Positions 1 to 9,090 of a stretch of DNA of 64,000 bases are shown in pieces. The notes under the pieces were generated by a model. The model was not told where the DNA came from and made no database searches. It saw only the letters and a program-made list of their open reading frames with translations. Position 1 is the first letter of the stretch; every line of letters begins with the position of its first letter. The stretch is from Minisyncoccia bacterium (GTDB lineage Bacteria > Patescibacteriota > Minisyncoccia > Phycocordibacterales > UBA918): positions 4,769-68,768 of the forward strand of contig JBGSYZ010000013.1 in the NCBI GenBank assembly GCA_041750655.1. Direction: 5' to 3'. Made by a program: the position numbers and the translations under genes.

Positions 1-302
1 CGCTAGAAAGCGTAGTCGACCCTAAGGCAATAGCAGTACAAGCTCTGAAGGATGTTCAAGCAACAGTTGTCCCAGCTCCTGACTTAACCGAAGAAGAGGT
101 TGGTGTATTGCGTGAACAACATTTAAATAATTTGGCCGTTGACAAAGCTTTGGCTGAGAGTTACGCCGAGAATGCTGTGCGTCGCCAAAAACTATTAGAG
201 TTAAAAAAAGACATTTCTATTTTGTATAACGAAATGGAATCTTGGCGAGGTAAGGAGTACGAGCGAGTTAAATCTGAAATAGAAGCATCATGTCAAAAAT
301 AA
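1..302 (+). CDS. 3' end of a gene running in from upstream (open frame from position 3; product unknown)
   Basis: Frame 3 is open from the window edge and continues into the 108..302 ORF (…LREQHLNNLAVDKALAES…); no motif recognised. Confidence 0.35.
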   Translation, partial: LESVVDPKAIAVQALKDVQATVVPAPDLTEEEVGVLREQHLNNLAVDKALAESYAENAVRRQKLLELKKDISILYNEMESWRGKEYERVKSEIEASCQK

Positions 303-841
303 ACCTTATCGTTGTACTATTTTTGTTTTTACCAGTTTTAGTTTTGGCTCAGACAGATGAAGCTGCACCAAAAATACTTGAGATAGGAGACAAACAAATT
401 ACCTATGCCGAAGCAGTCACCATTGATGATGGCACGCTGTATTATGATAAAAACACTGATGAAGAAGGGGCGGCTATGGTAGCTAGTAGTCATGATACTA
501 ATGGTGACAATTTAGCCGACGTGTGGTTTGTCTATGAAGCGGATCAAAACGTTACTACTGAAGCCTATGACCAAACTGGGGATGAAGAACCTGATGTGAT
601 TCTGTCTTTGGATACTAACGGCGAAGTTACAGCCATAAGTGGTGAAAAGGCTGGTGAGTATAGCCGCGTGCAAACTACTCCATTTAATCCAGAACCAATT
701 TCAACCACGGTTCAAGGTGAAGATTTGGTTGGTGATGTAAGTGATATCAGTATTGAACCTAAGGAGAATAATTGGATATTTTTCGTTATTCTGTTTTTCG
801 TGGCTGCTGGCTTGTATTTTTTCTGGAAACGACAAAAGTAG
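290..841 (+). CDS. secreted acidic protein with N-terminal signal peptide and C-terminal TM anchor (hypothetical)
   Basis: Hydrophobic N-terminus MSKINLIVVLFLFLPVLVLAQ; Asp/Glu/Thr-rich body; C-terminal IFFVILFFVAAGLYFFWKRQK. Confidence 0.5.
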   Translation: MSKINLIVVLFLFLPVLVLAQTDEAAPKILEIGDKQITYAEAVTIDDGTLYYDKNTDEEGAAMVASSHDTNGDNLADVWFVYEADQNVTTEAYDQTGDEEPDVILSLDTNGEVTAISGEKAGEYSRVQTTPFNPEPISTTVQGEDLVGDVSDISIEPKENNWIFFVILFFVAAGLYFFWKRQK

Positions 842-844
842 TGT

Positions 845-1054
845 ATGCAAAAGAAAGAAGTCTTAAAAAACTCAGTGCAAATAGTGCGCAAAGAAAAAGG
901 AGTAACTCAGGAGCAGTTAGCCGAAGCGGTCGGAGTCACTCGACAAACTATTATCTCTATCGAGAAGGGTAATTATGTGCCGTCAGTGCTCTTAGCTATG
1001 AAAATAGCAAAATATTTTAATGTAAGAATAGAAAGTTTATTCACCATAACATAA
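845..1054 (+). CDS. XRE-family (Cro/C1-type) HTH transcriptional regulator
   Basis: 69 aa; LKNSVQIVRKEKGVTQEQLAEAVGVTRQTIISIEKGNYVPSVLLAMKIAKYFNV matches the XRE helix-turn-helix pattern. Confidence 0.85.
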   Translation: MQKKEVLKNSVQIVRKEKGVTQEQLAEAVGVTRQTIISIEKGNYVPSVLLAMKIAKYFNVRIESLFTIT

Positions 1055-1056
1055 GT

Positions 1057-1410
1057 ATGTATAGAAATATTTTAGTTCCCATTGTAGTTGTAGCGTTAGC
1101 CACAGTTTTCTTGGACCCATTTATGGTCCTGATGCCCGAGTCAATGGTATACGGATTGTTAGCGCTTTTATTTATTACTTTTGTAGCCTATGCGTCACTG
1201 CTGTGGCGAGAGACAGCCAACGATGAACGGGAAGTGATATTACGAGCTTTTGCAGGCCGAGCGGCATATATGGCTGGTAGTTCAGCGCTCGTGATAGGAA
1301 TAATTTATCAAGCTCATTTTGCGCATCACGTAGATCCTTTTCTGGTGATTACGCTAGCAATTATGACTATCGCTAAATACTTTGGAATTTTGTACGCTGA
1401 GAGAAACTGA
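1057..1410 (+). CDS. small integral membrane protein, tightly coupled to the XRE regulator
   Basis: 3-nt gap after the regulator; about 3 predicted TM helices. Confidence 0.55.
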   Translation: MYRNILVPIVVVALATVFLDPFMVLMPESMVYGLLALLFITFVAYASLLWRETANDEREVILRAFAGRAAYMAGSSALVIGIIYQAHFAHHVDPFLVITLAIMTIAKYFGILYAERN

Positions 1411-1414
1411 TGTA

Positions 1415-1452
1415 AAAAATAGCCAGGCCTATCAGGACCTGGCTTAAAAATT
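1415..1452. terminator. bidirectional intrinsic terminator between convergent genes
   Basis: Hairpin AGCCAGG-N10-CCTGGCT (1421-1445) flanked by an A-run and a T-run. Confidence 0.6.
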
Positions 1453-1783
1453 ATATTGACACAAGTTTTGGTGGATAGTGAAGTATCCACAGTACTTCAG
1501 TAAATGCCAATTTTATTTCAAATGAATGCCCAGCCGGTATTCGGCACTGTACATTGGGACGACTAAAGTAAGTTCTGCCTTCCACTTTATACATTGCTTG
1601 ACCAGAAATAAATTCTACTACACACGTTACTGGTCCCGGGTCTTTCGGGAAATTTGAACCCGGAGGCATCAGTACTGCTACCTGTTGCCAGCCATTTTCA
1701 TCAACTTTTAATCGAGCTGTTTTAAATGTTGAACTTGGTGATATTTTAACGTCTACCCATGTAGCGTCAGTTAGCATTTGCAC
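1451..1783 (-). CDS. small conserved hypothetical protein (possible cupin-like beta fold)
   Basis: 110-aa ORF with convergent terminator; no strong motif. Confidence 0.35.
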   Translation of the reverse strand: MQMLTDATWVDVKISPSSTFKTARLKVDENGWQQVAVLMPPGSNFPKDPGPVTCVVEFISGQAMYKVEGRTYFSRPNVQCRIPAGHSFEIKLAFTEVLWILHYPPKLVSI

Positions 1784-1833
1784 CTCCTATAGCTCTTCTT
1801 GCACTCTACAATAAATACTACAAGATACAATAG

Positions 1834-2496
1834 TTACCAGTTTATTTTTGGTACATTATTTTTATTCAGGTATTCGTTAGTTTTAGAAAAATGTTTACAA
1901 CCTATGAAGCCAGTATGAGCAGAAAAAGGTGAGGGGTGGGGAGCAGTGAGTACTAAGTGTTTAGAAGTATCGATATGTTTACCTTTGTCTTGAGCGTACT
2001 TACCCCACAGTAAAAAAACGATATGTTCCTTTTCATCTGAAATTTTTTGAATCACCGCGTCAGTGAAGCGTTCCCAGCCGAGGCCTTGGTGGGAGCCGGC
2101 TTTGCCGGCTCCCACCGTCAACGTCGCATTCAGCAACAGTACTCCCTGTGTAGCCCACCGTTCTAGGTTGCCACTCTCTGGCACATCAATTCCTAAATCA
2201 TCCTTAATTTCCTTATAAATATTTTGAAGTGATGGTGGAACTCGAACACCATCGGGTACCGAAAAAGAAAGACCATGGGCCTGTCCAGGGCCGTGGTAGG
2301 GGTCTTGTCCTAAAATTACCACTTTCACACTTTCGAACGGACAATGTTCAAAGGCGTTAAAGACAAGTTTAGGTGGCGGAAAAACGTTCGTAGACATGTA
2401 CGCCGCACGAATTTTTCGACTGAGCTCTTGAAAATAATCTTGCTCAAATTCTAATGCTAAAACCTTCTTCCAGCTTTTTTCAATCTGAACATTCAT
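1834..2496 (-). CDS. ung: uracil-DNA glycosylase (family 1)
   Basis: GQDPYHGPGQAHGLSFSV water-activating loop and HPSPF motif; 220 aa. Confidence 0.9.
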   Translation of the reverse strand: MNVQIEKSWKKVLALEFEQDYFQELSRKIRAAYMSTNVFPPPKLVFNAFEHCPFESVKVVILGQDPYHGPGQAHGLSFSVPDGVRVPPSLQNIYKEIKDDLGIDVPESGNLERWATQGVLLLNATLTVGAGKAGSHQGLGWERFTDAVIQKISDEKEHIVFLLWGKYAQDKGKHIDTSKHLVLTAPHPSPFSAHTGFIGCKHFSKTNEYLNKNNVPKINW

Positions 2497-2520
2497 GGGT
2501 ACATTGTATTTTTAAACTTT

Positions 2521-2559
2521 CAAAAAGCAAATGACCCCGTCCAGAATAGACGGGGTCAT
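2521..2559 (-). terminator. intrinsic terminator after the NUDIX gene (overlaps its stop codon)
   Basis: 10-bp stem TGACCCCGTC/GACGGGGTCA followed on the minus strand by TTTGCTTTTTG. Confidence 0.5.
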
Positions 2560-3032
2560 GTAATCTTGGTCGCAAGGTACTTTTGAAACATTGGGACTGT
2601 GTTGAGTAAATATTTTGTCAAAGAAGTGAGTGGTAAAGAAGGTGTGTCGGTAATTGGTAACCACAGACACTCCGATACTTCGTCATTATCTGGGGTAGGG
2701 GTGCCGGTAAAAAATGCGGTGGCATAGAACCTTACATAATTGGGATTGATTTCCGGGTCAAGTGGGTGCGGCAATGAAGTTACAAACTTAAGATGACGTT
2801 CTTGAAGCGCTATACTTGTTTCTTCTCTCACTTCTCGAATAATTGCTTCCCGTGGTGATTCAATTGGTTCATCAAATTCATCTACTTCTATGCTACCACC
2901 AGGAAATTCCCATTCTGAAAAATCTGCTCTCTCACACAGCAATACTTCATAATTGTCTGCGACCTTACGAAAAATAGCACAACGGACAATTCCAGTTCGG
3001 TGTTCCATTTCAAGCTCCTTCTTGTAACACAA
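2556..3032 (-). CDS. NUDIX hydrolase
   Basis: Nudix box GGSIEVDEFDEPIESPREAIIREVREETSI (GX5EX7REUXEEXGU). Confidence 0.85.
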   Translation of the reverse strand: MCYKKELEMEHRTGIVRCAIFRKVADNYEVLLCERADFSEWEFPGGSIEVDEFDEPIESPREAIIREVREETSIALQERHLKFVTSLPHPLDPEINPNYVRFYATAFFTGTPTPDNDEVSECLWLPITDTPSLPLTSLTKYLLNTVPMFQKYLATKIT

Positions 3033-3097
3033 TACAATATTTTTACAATAAGTAAATATTTAAATGAATCTATATAAATATATGCTACTATTTTGAT

Positions 3098-3694
3098 ATG
3101 TTAATTCTTGATGTAGAAGCTTCAGGGACTGAATACCATAAACACTCAATAGTCTCGATTGGGGCGGTGGATTTTGAAAATCCAGAGCGACAGTTTTATG
3201 GTGAATGCAAAATTTGGGAAGGGGCCCATATTAATCCCGAAGCGTTACAAGTTTGTGGATTTAGTGAAGCTGAAGTAACCGATACAAACAAAAAATCAGA
3301 AGCCGAACTGATAACGGAATTCTTGGAATGGACTCAGGAGATGGGTGATAGAACGATTGTTGGTCAAAATCCATCCTTTGATAGAGACTTTACCAAAGCG
3401 GCCGCTGAAAGAGCGGGTATTGCTTGGGATTTAGCCTATCGCACACTTGATACTCACACGATGTGCTGGATGCATATTATCAACAAGGGAGAGCAGCCGC
3501 CGATTGATGAACAACACCGACGTAGTGCCCTTAATCTTGATGCGGTTCTCAATTACTGTGGTATCCCCGAAGAACCACAGCCACACAATGCTCTAACTGG
3601 AGCCCTTTCTCATGCCGAAGTAGCCGCTCGTTTACTGTACGGTAAACAATTACTCCCAGAGTTTAAACACTACGCTATTCCGTGGTGTGTCTAA
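3098..3694 (+). CDS. DEDDh-family 3'-5' exonuclease (DnaQ/RNase T-like)
   Basis: Exo I motif LILDVEASG; C-terminal H-x-A-L motif region HNALTGALSHAEV. Confidence 0.7.
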   Translation: MLILDVEASGTEYHKHSIVSIGAVDFENPERQFYGECKIWEGAHINPEALQVCGFSEAEVTDTNKKSEAELITEFLEWTQEMGDRTIVGQNPSFDRDFTKAAAERAGIAWDLAYRTLDTHTMCWMHIINKGEQPPIDEQHRRSALNLDAVLNYCGIPEEPQPHNALTGALSHAEVAARLLYGKQLLPEFKHYAIPWCV

Positions 3695-3733
3695 ACAACG
3701 ACTGGGATAAGCGAAAATTCCCACATTCCAAAA

Positions 3734-3742
3734 TGCTATAAT
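3734..3742 (+). promoter_or_regulatory. extended -10 promoter (TGcTATAAT) 10 nt upstream of the LOG gene ATG
   Basis: TGCTATAAT at 3734-3742, ATG at 3753; this implies a leaderless or very short-leader mRNA. Confidence 0.4.
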
Positions 3743-3752
3743 TGCCAATAAT

Positions 3753-4490
3753 ATGGCAATAAAACGAGCAAAGAAAAAGGAAGTGTATACAAAAGAGGAA
3801 ATTAAAAACTGTCGTATCCTAACTGATTTACTTGATCCTGATGATGATGCGGTGCAGTCATGGCGAACCTTTCGTATCATGTCTGAATTCGTGCAAGGTT
3901 TTGAGATTTTACGTCGGTATGGACTGGCCGCTACTATTTTCGGTGGAGCTCGCTACGCCGCTGGAGATACGGTGTATAAAGAAGCCGAAGAATTAGCCGC
4001 CAAGCTCGCCAAAGCTGGTTTTGCCATTATTACTGGCGGCGGCCCGGGTGTGATGGAAGCAGCTAATGTTGGTGCGTTTAAGGTGGGAGGGAAGTCAGTC
4101 GGACTCAATATTCAGCTTCCGTTTGAACAAAAGCTCAACCCATACGTAAATGATACAGAAACCTTCCACTTTTTCTTTTCTCGTAAAGTGATGCTCTCTT
4201 TTGCCTCAGAGGTTTATATTTATTTTCCTGGTGGCTTCGGCACTATGGACGAATTGTTTGAGTTGGTAACCTTAATTCAGACCAAAAAAATAACACATAT
4301 ACCAATTGTACTCGTGGACAAAGAATACTGGTCACCACTTATGGCTTGGATTAAAAACACCATGCTCAAGGAGTATAAAACAATTAGCAAAGAAGATTTA
4401 GACATTTTTACTTTAGTAGATACGCCCCAAGAGGCATACGATTACATTATTAAGAATGTCGATACTAACGGCAATTTAAAGCAAGTTTAA
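3753..4490 (+). CDS. LOG-family protein (cytokinin riboside 5'-monophosphate phosphoribohydrolase-like; TIGR00730)
   Basis: Hallmark motifs GGGPGVMEAANVGA and PGGFGTMDELFE. Confidence 0.85.
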   Translation: MAIKRAKKKEVYTKEEIKNCRILTDLLDPDDDAVQSWRTFRIMSEFVQGFEILRRYGLAATIFGGARYAAGDTVYKEAEELAAKLAKAGFAIITGGGPGVMEAANVGAFKVGGKSVGLNIQLPFEQKLNPYVNDTETFHFFFSRKVMLSFASEVYIYFPGGFGTMDELFELVTLIQTKKITHIPIVLVDKEYWSPLMAWIKNTMLKEYKTISKEDLDIFTLVDTPQEAYDYIIKNVDTNGNLKQV

Positions 4491-4492
4491 AT

Positions 4493-5419
4493 ATGACAGA
4501 TGCGCTCGATATCATAAAAAACTTTGATGAAAAATCACTGCCAGATTTGGATGTAGTTACCTTAGCTGCCCTTGAACTTTTTTCAAACGCCAAACTACCT
4601 GTTTTAAATGTAAATAGATTTCGACATCCTTTAATTCTGGGTAGCGGCAACGCGTTGGTGGCTGCTCGCGCTATTTTCTCTCACTCGCAAGCAGTGTTTG
4701 CTGACGAGAGTAATTATGAATCCGCAGTTTTTGCGGGGCAGTCTGATGGCGCCTATATTTTTTCCGCTTCTGGCAGCAAGCACGCAGTGACGTTTGCGAA
4801 AGCGTTATCACAAAAAGGAATTCCCACCGTGTTGATTACGACCACTACAAAATCACCGGCCGAACTTGCAGTACCAGCTATGGATGTTTTAGTTTTCCCT
4901 AAAAACCGAGAACCTTACACGTATAACGCCTCAACCTACATGGGTATGTTTTTGGCAGCTACTAGAGAAAATCCAAACAAAATCAAAGATTTTATAACAA
5001 CAGAGGTTTTAAACCACATACCAAATACTATTGGAGAATACGACGCTTATTATCTTCTTCTGCCTGAAGCTTTTAGTCCGATTGCGAGCATGTTTGTAAC
5101 GAAGTTTGATGAATTATTTGGTTCACGATTACTGGGCCGGGCGTTTACTTTTGAGCAAAGCAAACACGCCAAAACTGTTGTTAAAAACGAAAAAGAGTTA
5201 TTTATAAGTTTTGGCCGCGAAAATAATTCTTTTGGTCAGTCTCGTTTGTATATCCCGCTCCCTGATGATGTCAGTTATGCTGCCATGATGGCCATCGGTT
5301 ATTTTGTTATTGGGCACATTCAAAAAAACAAGCCGCCGTATTTTAAAGATTCGATTGGAGAATATATGAAGGAAGCTTCCGAACTGTTTGGTAATGAGTT
5401 AACCGTTATAGTGGAATAA
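4493..5419 (+). CDS. SIS (sugar isomerase) domain protein
   Basis: LILGSGNALVAARAIF…IFSASGSKHAVTFAKALSQKGIPTVLITTT fits the SIS phosphosugar-binding pattern. Confidence 0.5.
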   Translation: MTDALDIIKNFDEKSLPDLDVVTLAALELFSNAKLPVLNVNRFRHPLILGSGNALVAARAIFSHSQAVFADESNYESAVFAGQSDGAYIFSASGSKHAVTFAKALSQKGIPTVLITTTTKSPAELAVPAMDVLVFPKNREPYTYNASTYMGMFLAATRENPNKIKDFITTEVLNHIPNTIGEYDAYYLLLPEAFSPIASMFVTKFDELFGSRLLGRAFTFEQSKHAKTVVKNEKELFISFGRENNSFGQSRLYIPLPDDVSYAAMMAIGYFVIGHIQKNKPPYFKDSIGEYMKEASELFGNELTVIVE

Positions 5420-5420
5420 T

Positions 5421-6263
5421 ATGGCCTATGCACTATTTGATATTGGCGGGACCAAAACACGAGTGGCCATTAGCCAGGATTTAAAGTCTTTTTCTGAAAA
5501 GTTAAAATTTGATACTCCTAAAAATTTTTCTGATGGAGTAGCGGCTATTCATGAAGCTATTCAATCACTGACTAGTGATCCGATAGAAGCCCTTGGTGGT
5601 GGCATTCGGGGTCCACTGAATGGTGACAAAACTGGCATTATTCGGGAAGATGTCTTGACTGACTGGGTAGAACAGCCATTAGCGTTAGCACTTGGCAAAC
5701 CATATAACGCGCCAGTTTTCTTGGAAAACGACACTGCTACGGTCGGGCTGGGAGAGGCACATTTTGGAGCAGGTAAGGAAGGCAAGATTGTGGTGTATCA
5801 CACCGTGAGTACCGGAGTGGGTGGAGTAAAAATAGAAAATGGTTATCTTGACCAAGCAAGTATTGGTTTTGAACCCGGACACCAGATTTTGGATATTGAT
5901 AGGAGTATATTTGGAGATGATACGATTCATACGTTAGAGAATTTAGTTTCTGGAGCAGCCTTAGAAAAAAGGAGAGGAGTGAAACCGTATGAAATACCGC
6001 AGAGCGACCCAGTGTGGCCGGAGTTGGCTGGATACTTAGCTAAAGGATTACGTAACACCATTGTCTATTGGTCGCCAGATACTATTGTGCTTGGCGGATC
6101 AATGATTATTGGCGATCCGCGCATTATGTTAGCGGACATACAACGTGAGACCGCTAAAATGGTGGAGGGTTTGGTACCAGTCCCCAAAATAGTTGATGCC
6201 ACGCTGAGTGATGAAGGCGGTTTATATGGAGCAATGGTTTTAATTGAGCAAAGAATGCAATAA
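5421..6263 (+). CDS. ROK/BadF-type sugar kinase (glucokinase / N-acetylglucosamine kinase-like)
   Basis: N-terminal ALFDIGGTKTRVAIS ATP-binding motif; overlaps the SIS gene stop, so they form an operon pair. Confidence 0.6.
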   Translation: MAYALFDIGGTKTRVAISQDLKSFSEKLKFDTPKNFSDGVAAIHEAIQSLTSDPIEALGGGIRGPLNGDKTGIIREDVLTDWVEQPLALALGKPYNAPVFLENDTATVGLGEAHFGAGKEGKIVVYHTVSTGVGGVKIENGYLDQASIGFEPGHQILDIDRSIFGDDTIHTLENLVSGAALEKRRGVKPYEIPQSDPVWPELAGYLAKGLRNTIVYWSPDTIVLGGSMIIGDPRIMLADIQRETAKMVEGLVPVPKIVDATLSDEGGLYGAMVLIEQRMQ

Positions 6264-6320
6264 TCGCCAAGCTAAGTGGTTTTCTGTATACTGTTTATAC
6301 TTACTTAACTAATCTTCTTT

Positions 6321-7088
6321 ATGTTTATGCCGTATATTTTTATAATTGCCGTTGTTGTTCTACTTCTTTCATTTTTACGAGAGGTAAAGCAGTACGAACG
6401 AGGAGTGGTGCTGACAATGGGTAAATTTACTGGAGTTAGAGGTGCCGGTTGGAGCATTATAGTGCCAATTTTTCAAAAAATGGAAAAAGTCGATATGCGC
6501 ATTAAAGCAGTGGATGTGCCAGATCAAAAAGTAATTACTAAAGACAACGTATCAGCCAGTATCAATGCGGTGATTTATTACAAAGTATCTGATGCTGCCA
6601 AAGCCGTGCTTGAGGTAGAAAATTTTCGCTACGCTGTGTCGCAGCTGGCTCAGACCACCATGCGTAATATTGTTGGTAGTGCAGTATTAGATGAAGTGCT
6701 TTCAGAACGAGAGGCATTGTCAGTCAAGATTCAAACAATTGTAGACGCTGAAACTGATCAGTGGGGAATTAGTGTCGATAATGTTGAGCTTAAAGACTTC
6801 TTTTTGCCAGAAGACATGGAACGAACAATTGCTAAGCAAGCCGAAGCGGAACGGGAACGTCGGGCAGTTATCATTAGTGCTGAAGGGGAAGTGGCAGCGG
6901 CTGAGAATATATCAAAAGCGGCTCGGATGCTGTCTGAGGCTCCTGGAGCGCTTCATTTACGTACCCTTCAAACTCTTAACGATCTTTCTTCAGATCAGTC
7001 TAACACGGTAATATTTGCCATGCCGATCGAGGTTTTACGCGCTGTAGAAGGTATGACAGAGATGGTAAAAGGAGGCAGGAAAGAATAA
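6321..7088 (+). CDS. SPFH/band-7 (stomatin/HflK-like) membrane protein
   Basis: N-terminal TM then YERGVVLTMGKFTGVRGAGWSIIVPIFQKMEKVDMRIKAVDVPDQKVITKDNV core. Confidence 0.85.
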   Translation: MFMPYIFIIAVVVLLLSFLREVKQYERGVVLTMGKFTGVRGAGWSIIVPIFQKMEKVDMRIKAVDVPDQKVITKDNVSASINAVIYYKVSDAAKAVLEVENFRYAVSQLAQTTMRNIVGSAVLDEVLSEREALSVKIQTIVDAETDQWGISVDNVELKDFFLPEDMERTIAKQAEAERERRAVIISAEGEVAAAENISKAARMLSEAPGALHLRTLQTLNDLSSDQSNTVIFAMPIEVLRAVEGMTEMVKGGRKE

Positions 7089-7100
7089 AAGCAGTAATTT

Positions 7101-7156
7101 GCCATATTATAGCCATATAATTCAATCTAAAATAATAATATGGCTATAAATAAGGC
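7101..7156. repeat. long imperfect inverted repeat (GCCATATTATAGCCATAT … ATATGGCTATAAATAAGGC) just after the SPFH stop
   Basis: 11-bp perfect core TATAGCCATAT/ATATGGCTATA with a 19-nt loop; could be a terminator or an operator. Confidence 0.5.
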
Positions 7157-7169
7157 CAGAATAGTTATT

Positions 7170-7198
7170 GACATACTGTAATTACTATTGTATAACTT
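7170..7198 (+). promoter_or_regulatory. sigma70-type promoter TTGACA-N17-TATAAC
   Basis: TTGACA (7170-7175), 17-nt spacer, TATAAC (7193-7198). Confidence 0.55.
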
Positions 7199-7380
7199 GA
7201 CTTTGTTCAAAGTTATGCTAAACTTGTCACCGAAAGTGGCTTCGGCCATTTTTTGTTGGATAAGACTACTGGCTTATTATATCGACCTTTATCACTGCAT
7301 TTTTAGCAGTTTCAGGCGTAGGAGGAGTAGCCGTACCAGCAGAAACAACTGCATACGGACACATCTCCACTAGTGGGGAT

Positions 7381-7719
7381 GTGGAATCAGAAATACTGGT
7401 TGAAGGAAATACCGAATTAGCCGTTCGAGAATACTTCAAAGATATACCGGTAATGATTCAAATTGCACGCTGTGAGTCTCATTTCAGACACACACTTGCT
7501 GATGGTTCTGTTCTTCAGGGACGAGTAGACTCAGCTGACACAGGAGTAATGCAAATCAACAAGCGTTATCACCAAAGTGAGGCTTTGAAACTCGGAATTG
7601 ATTTAACAGACCTAGAAGGAAACATGACGTATGCCCGGCATCTCTATGAGACGCAAGGTACTCGGCCATGGAATGCTTCTGCTCAATGTTGGAAAGGAAA
7701 TTTAGCTTTGGCTAAATAA
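7381..7719 (+). CDS. lytic transglycosylase (SLT/GH23 lysozyme-like domain) protein; the true N-terminus is uncertain
   Basis: Catalytic E-S (ARCESHF) followed by the TGVMQIN motif, typical of the SLT domain. The ORF track starts at GTG 7381, but the same frame is open from 7264 and encodes a signal-peptide-like LIISTFITAFLAVSGVGGVAVPA. Confidence 0.55.
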   Translation: MESEILVEGNTELAVREYFKDIPVMIQIARCESHFRHTLADGSVLQGRVDSADTGVMQINKRYHQSEALKLGIDLTDLEGNMTYARHLYETQGTRPWNASAQCWKGNLALAK

Positions 7720-7744
7720 TCTTTCTACATCGACCACCATAACA

Positions 7745-7778
7745 AAAAGCCCCTCTATGAGGGGCTTTTTGTTTTTTT
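7745..7778. terminator. bidirectional intrinsic terminator
   Basis: GCCCCTC-TAT-GAGGGGC hairpin (7749-7765) flanked by AAAAA and TTTTTGTTTTTTT. Confidence 0.8.
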
Positions 7779-7795
7779 AAAATATACCTTTGAAA

Positions 7796-8194
7796 CTACC
7801 GGATACTCCAACCTTCACCCGCACCATAGGCCATTACGTACATAAGGCCACCAACAATAGCAAGATTTTTAAATAGGTTAATATCATTGATATCCATGTG
7901 GGCAATAAGAGTGGCTAGTAGAGTAAAAAGAATCAAAGCTCCAGCGGCTACTCCAACACGATAGCCAGCAATGAGAGCTCCTCCTGCTCCTAGCTTAAGA
8001 ATGATGACTGCCCACACCAACATACTAGCCATTGGTATACCAAGACTCTCATAAAACATAACCGTGTTTTGGGGACCATTGATAACAATTCCTAGACCAG
8101 TAAAGAAAAACAATAAACCCATTAGAATTCGCCCCAACATTGTACCTTTTGAGCGCATAAGTTCACGTTGACCTTCAGATAACATTACGTTCAT
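7796..8194 (-). CDS. DoxX-family membrane protein
   Basis: 132 aa, 4 TM helices, Gly-rich pattern typical of DoxX. Confidence 0.65.
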   Translation of the reverse strand: MNVMLSEGQRELMRSKGTMLGRILMGLLFFFTGLGIVINGPQNTVMFYESLGIPMASMLVWAVIILKLGAGGALIAGYRVGVAAGALILFTLLATLIAHMDINDINLFKNLAIVGGLMYVMAYGAGEGWSIR

Positions 8195-8253
8195 ATATAA
8201 AAATTAGTGAGTAATATAACTTTTCTAGTTTAATTATAACAAAAATAAGCTCG

Positions 8254-8261
8254 TGTATAAT
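8254..8261 (+). promoter_or_regulatory. extended -10 element TGTATAAT immediately upstream of the EVE gene
   Basis: TGtATAAT at 8254-8261; ATG at 8270 implies a leaderless transcript. Confidence 0.4.
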
Positions 8262-8269
8262 GATTGGGT

Positions 8270-8728
8270 ATGAATTACTGGTTAATGAAAAGTGAACCCG
8301 ACTGTTTCTCGATTGATGATTTGAAAAAGAAGAAGAAGGAAATGTGGGACGGTGTACGAAACTATCAGGTACGAAATATGATGCGTGATCAAATGGAAAA
8401 AGGAGACCGAGCACTTTTTTATCACTCAAGTGCTGGTGATAAAACTGGAATAGTTGGTGAGATGGAAATAGTAAATGAAGCCTATCCTGACCCAACTCAG
8501 TTTGATCCTACAAGTGAACATCCAGATCCAAAAAGCACAAAAGATAATCCTACCTGGTTATGTGTAGATGTGAAGTTTGTCCAGAAATTTAAAAACCCAG
8601 TGTATCTTAAAGAACTTAAACTTGATCCAGCTTTTGCCAGTATGATTGTCACCCAAAAAGGTAATCGACTGTCAATAACTCCGGTGAGCAAGAAACATTT
8701 TGACAGAATTATCAAATTGTCTGCCTAA
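8270..8728 (+). CDS. EVE (PUA-like) domain protein
   Basis: MNYWLMKSEPDCFSIDDL… is a typical EVE N-terminus. The ORF track starts at TTG 8264; ATG 8270 is preferred. Confidence 0.85.
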   Translation: MNYWLMKSEPDCFSIDDLKKKKKEMWDGVRNYQVRNMMRDQMEKGDRALFYHSSAGDKTGIVGEMEIVNEAYPDPTQFDPTSEHPDPKSTKDNPTWLCVDVKFVQKFKNPVYLKELKLDPAFASMIVTQKGNRLSITPVSKKHFDRIIKLSA

Positions 8729-8889
8729 GTTGAAAATTAGTGAATATAGGCATAGAGTAGGGGAGGTAAACGGGAGGAAATAAAATGCCCCAAAAAATTC
8801 CGTGTTCTGGAAAAAAAGAGGTAAAGATTACTAACGTTGAGATCAGAAATACACTGCTTAGCACCACAGCAATCGGCAACCTGCTAAAA

Positions 8890-9090
8890 ACAATTGCTGG
8901 TTTTGCTGCCGCAATTGGTATCCAGTGAAGCACCAGAAGAGAAGGGCCGTCCCAGAGGCGGCCCTTATTACTATTTATATACGTCGTACAATATATCTTT
9001 TGCGACGTATACAACGGGCCTGCGTAGGCCCCTTGTATACGTTGCAAAAGATACTTATATTGCGGTCTCATCTGAGTCGCAACTATAAGT
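8890..9090. repeat. cluster of nested inverted repeats / stable hairpins in non-coding DNA
   Basis: CAATTGC…GCAATTG (8891-8924), GGGCCG…CGGCCC (8944-8964), ATACGTCG…CGACGTAT (8979-9010), and a 15-bp IR TTGCGACGTATACAA/TTGTATACGTTGCAA flanking a GGGCCTGCGTAGGCCC hairpin (9000-9047). Confidence 0.6.

Noticed and set aside
7188-7373. ORF 7188..7373(+) 61 aa upstream of the SLT gene
   Set aside because: It starts upstream of the predicted transcription start (the -10 box is at 7193-7198), has a Cys/Arg-rich low-complexity tail, and the competing frame encodes a textbook signal peptide. Likely non-coding or a frameshift artefact, not a gene.
8712-9088. ORFs 8712..9071(-) 119 aa and 8894..9088(+) 64 aa
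   Set aside because: Both lie across the hairpin/inverted-repeat cluster; they are low-complexity, overlap each other on opposite strands, and have no RBS or motif. Treated as spurious translations of structured non-coding DNA.
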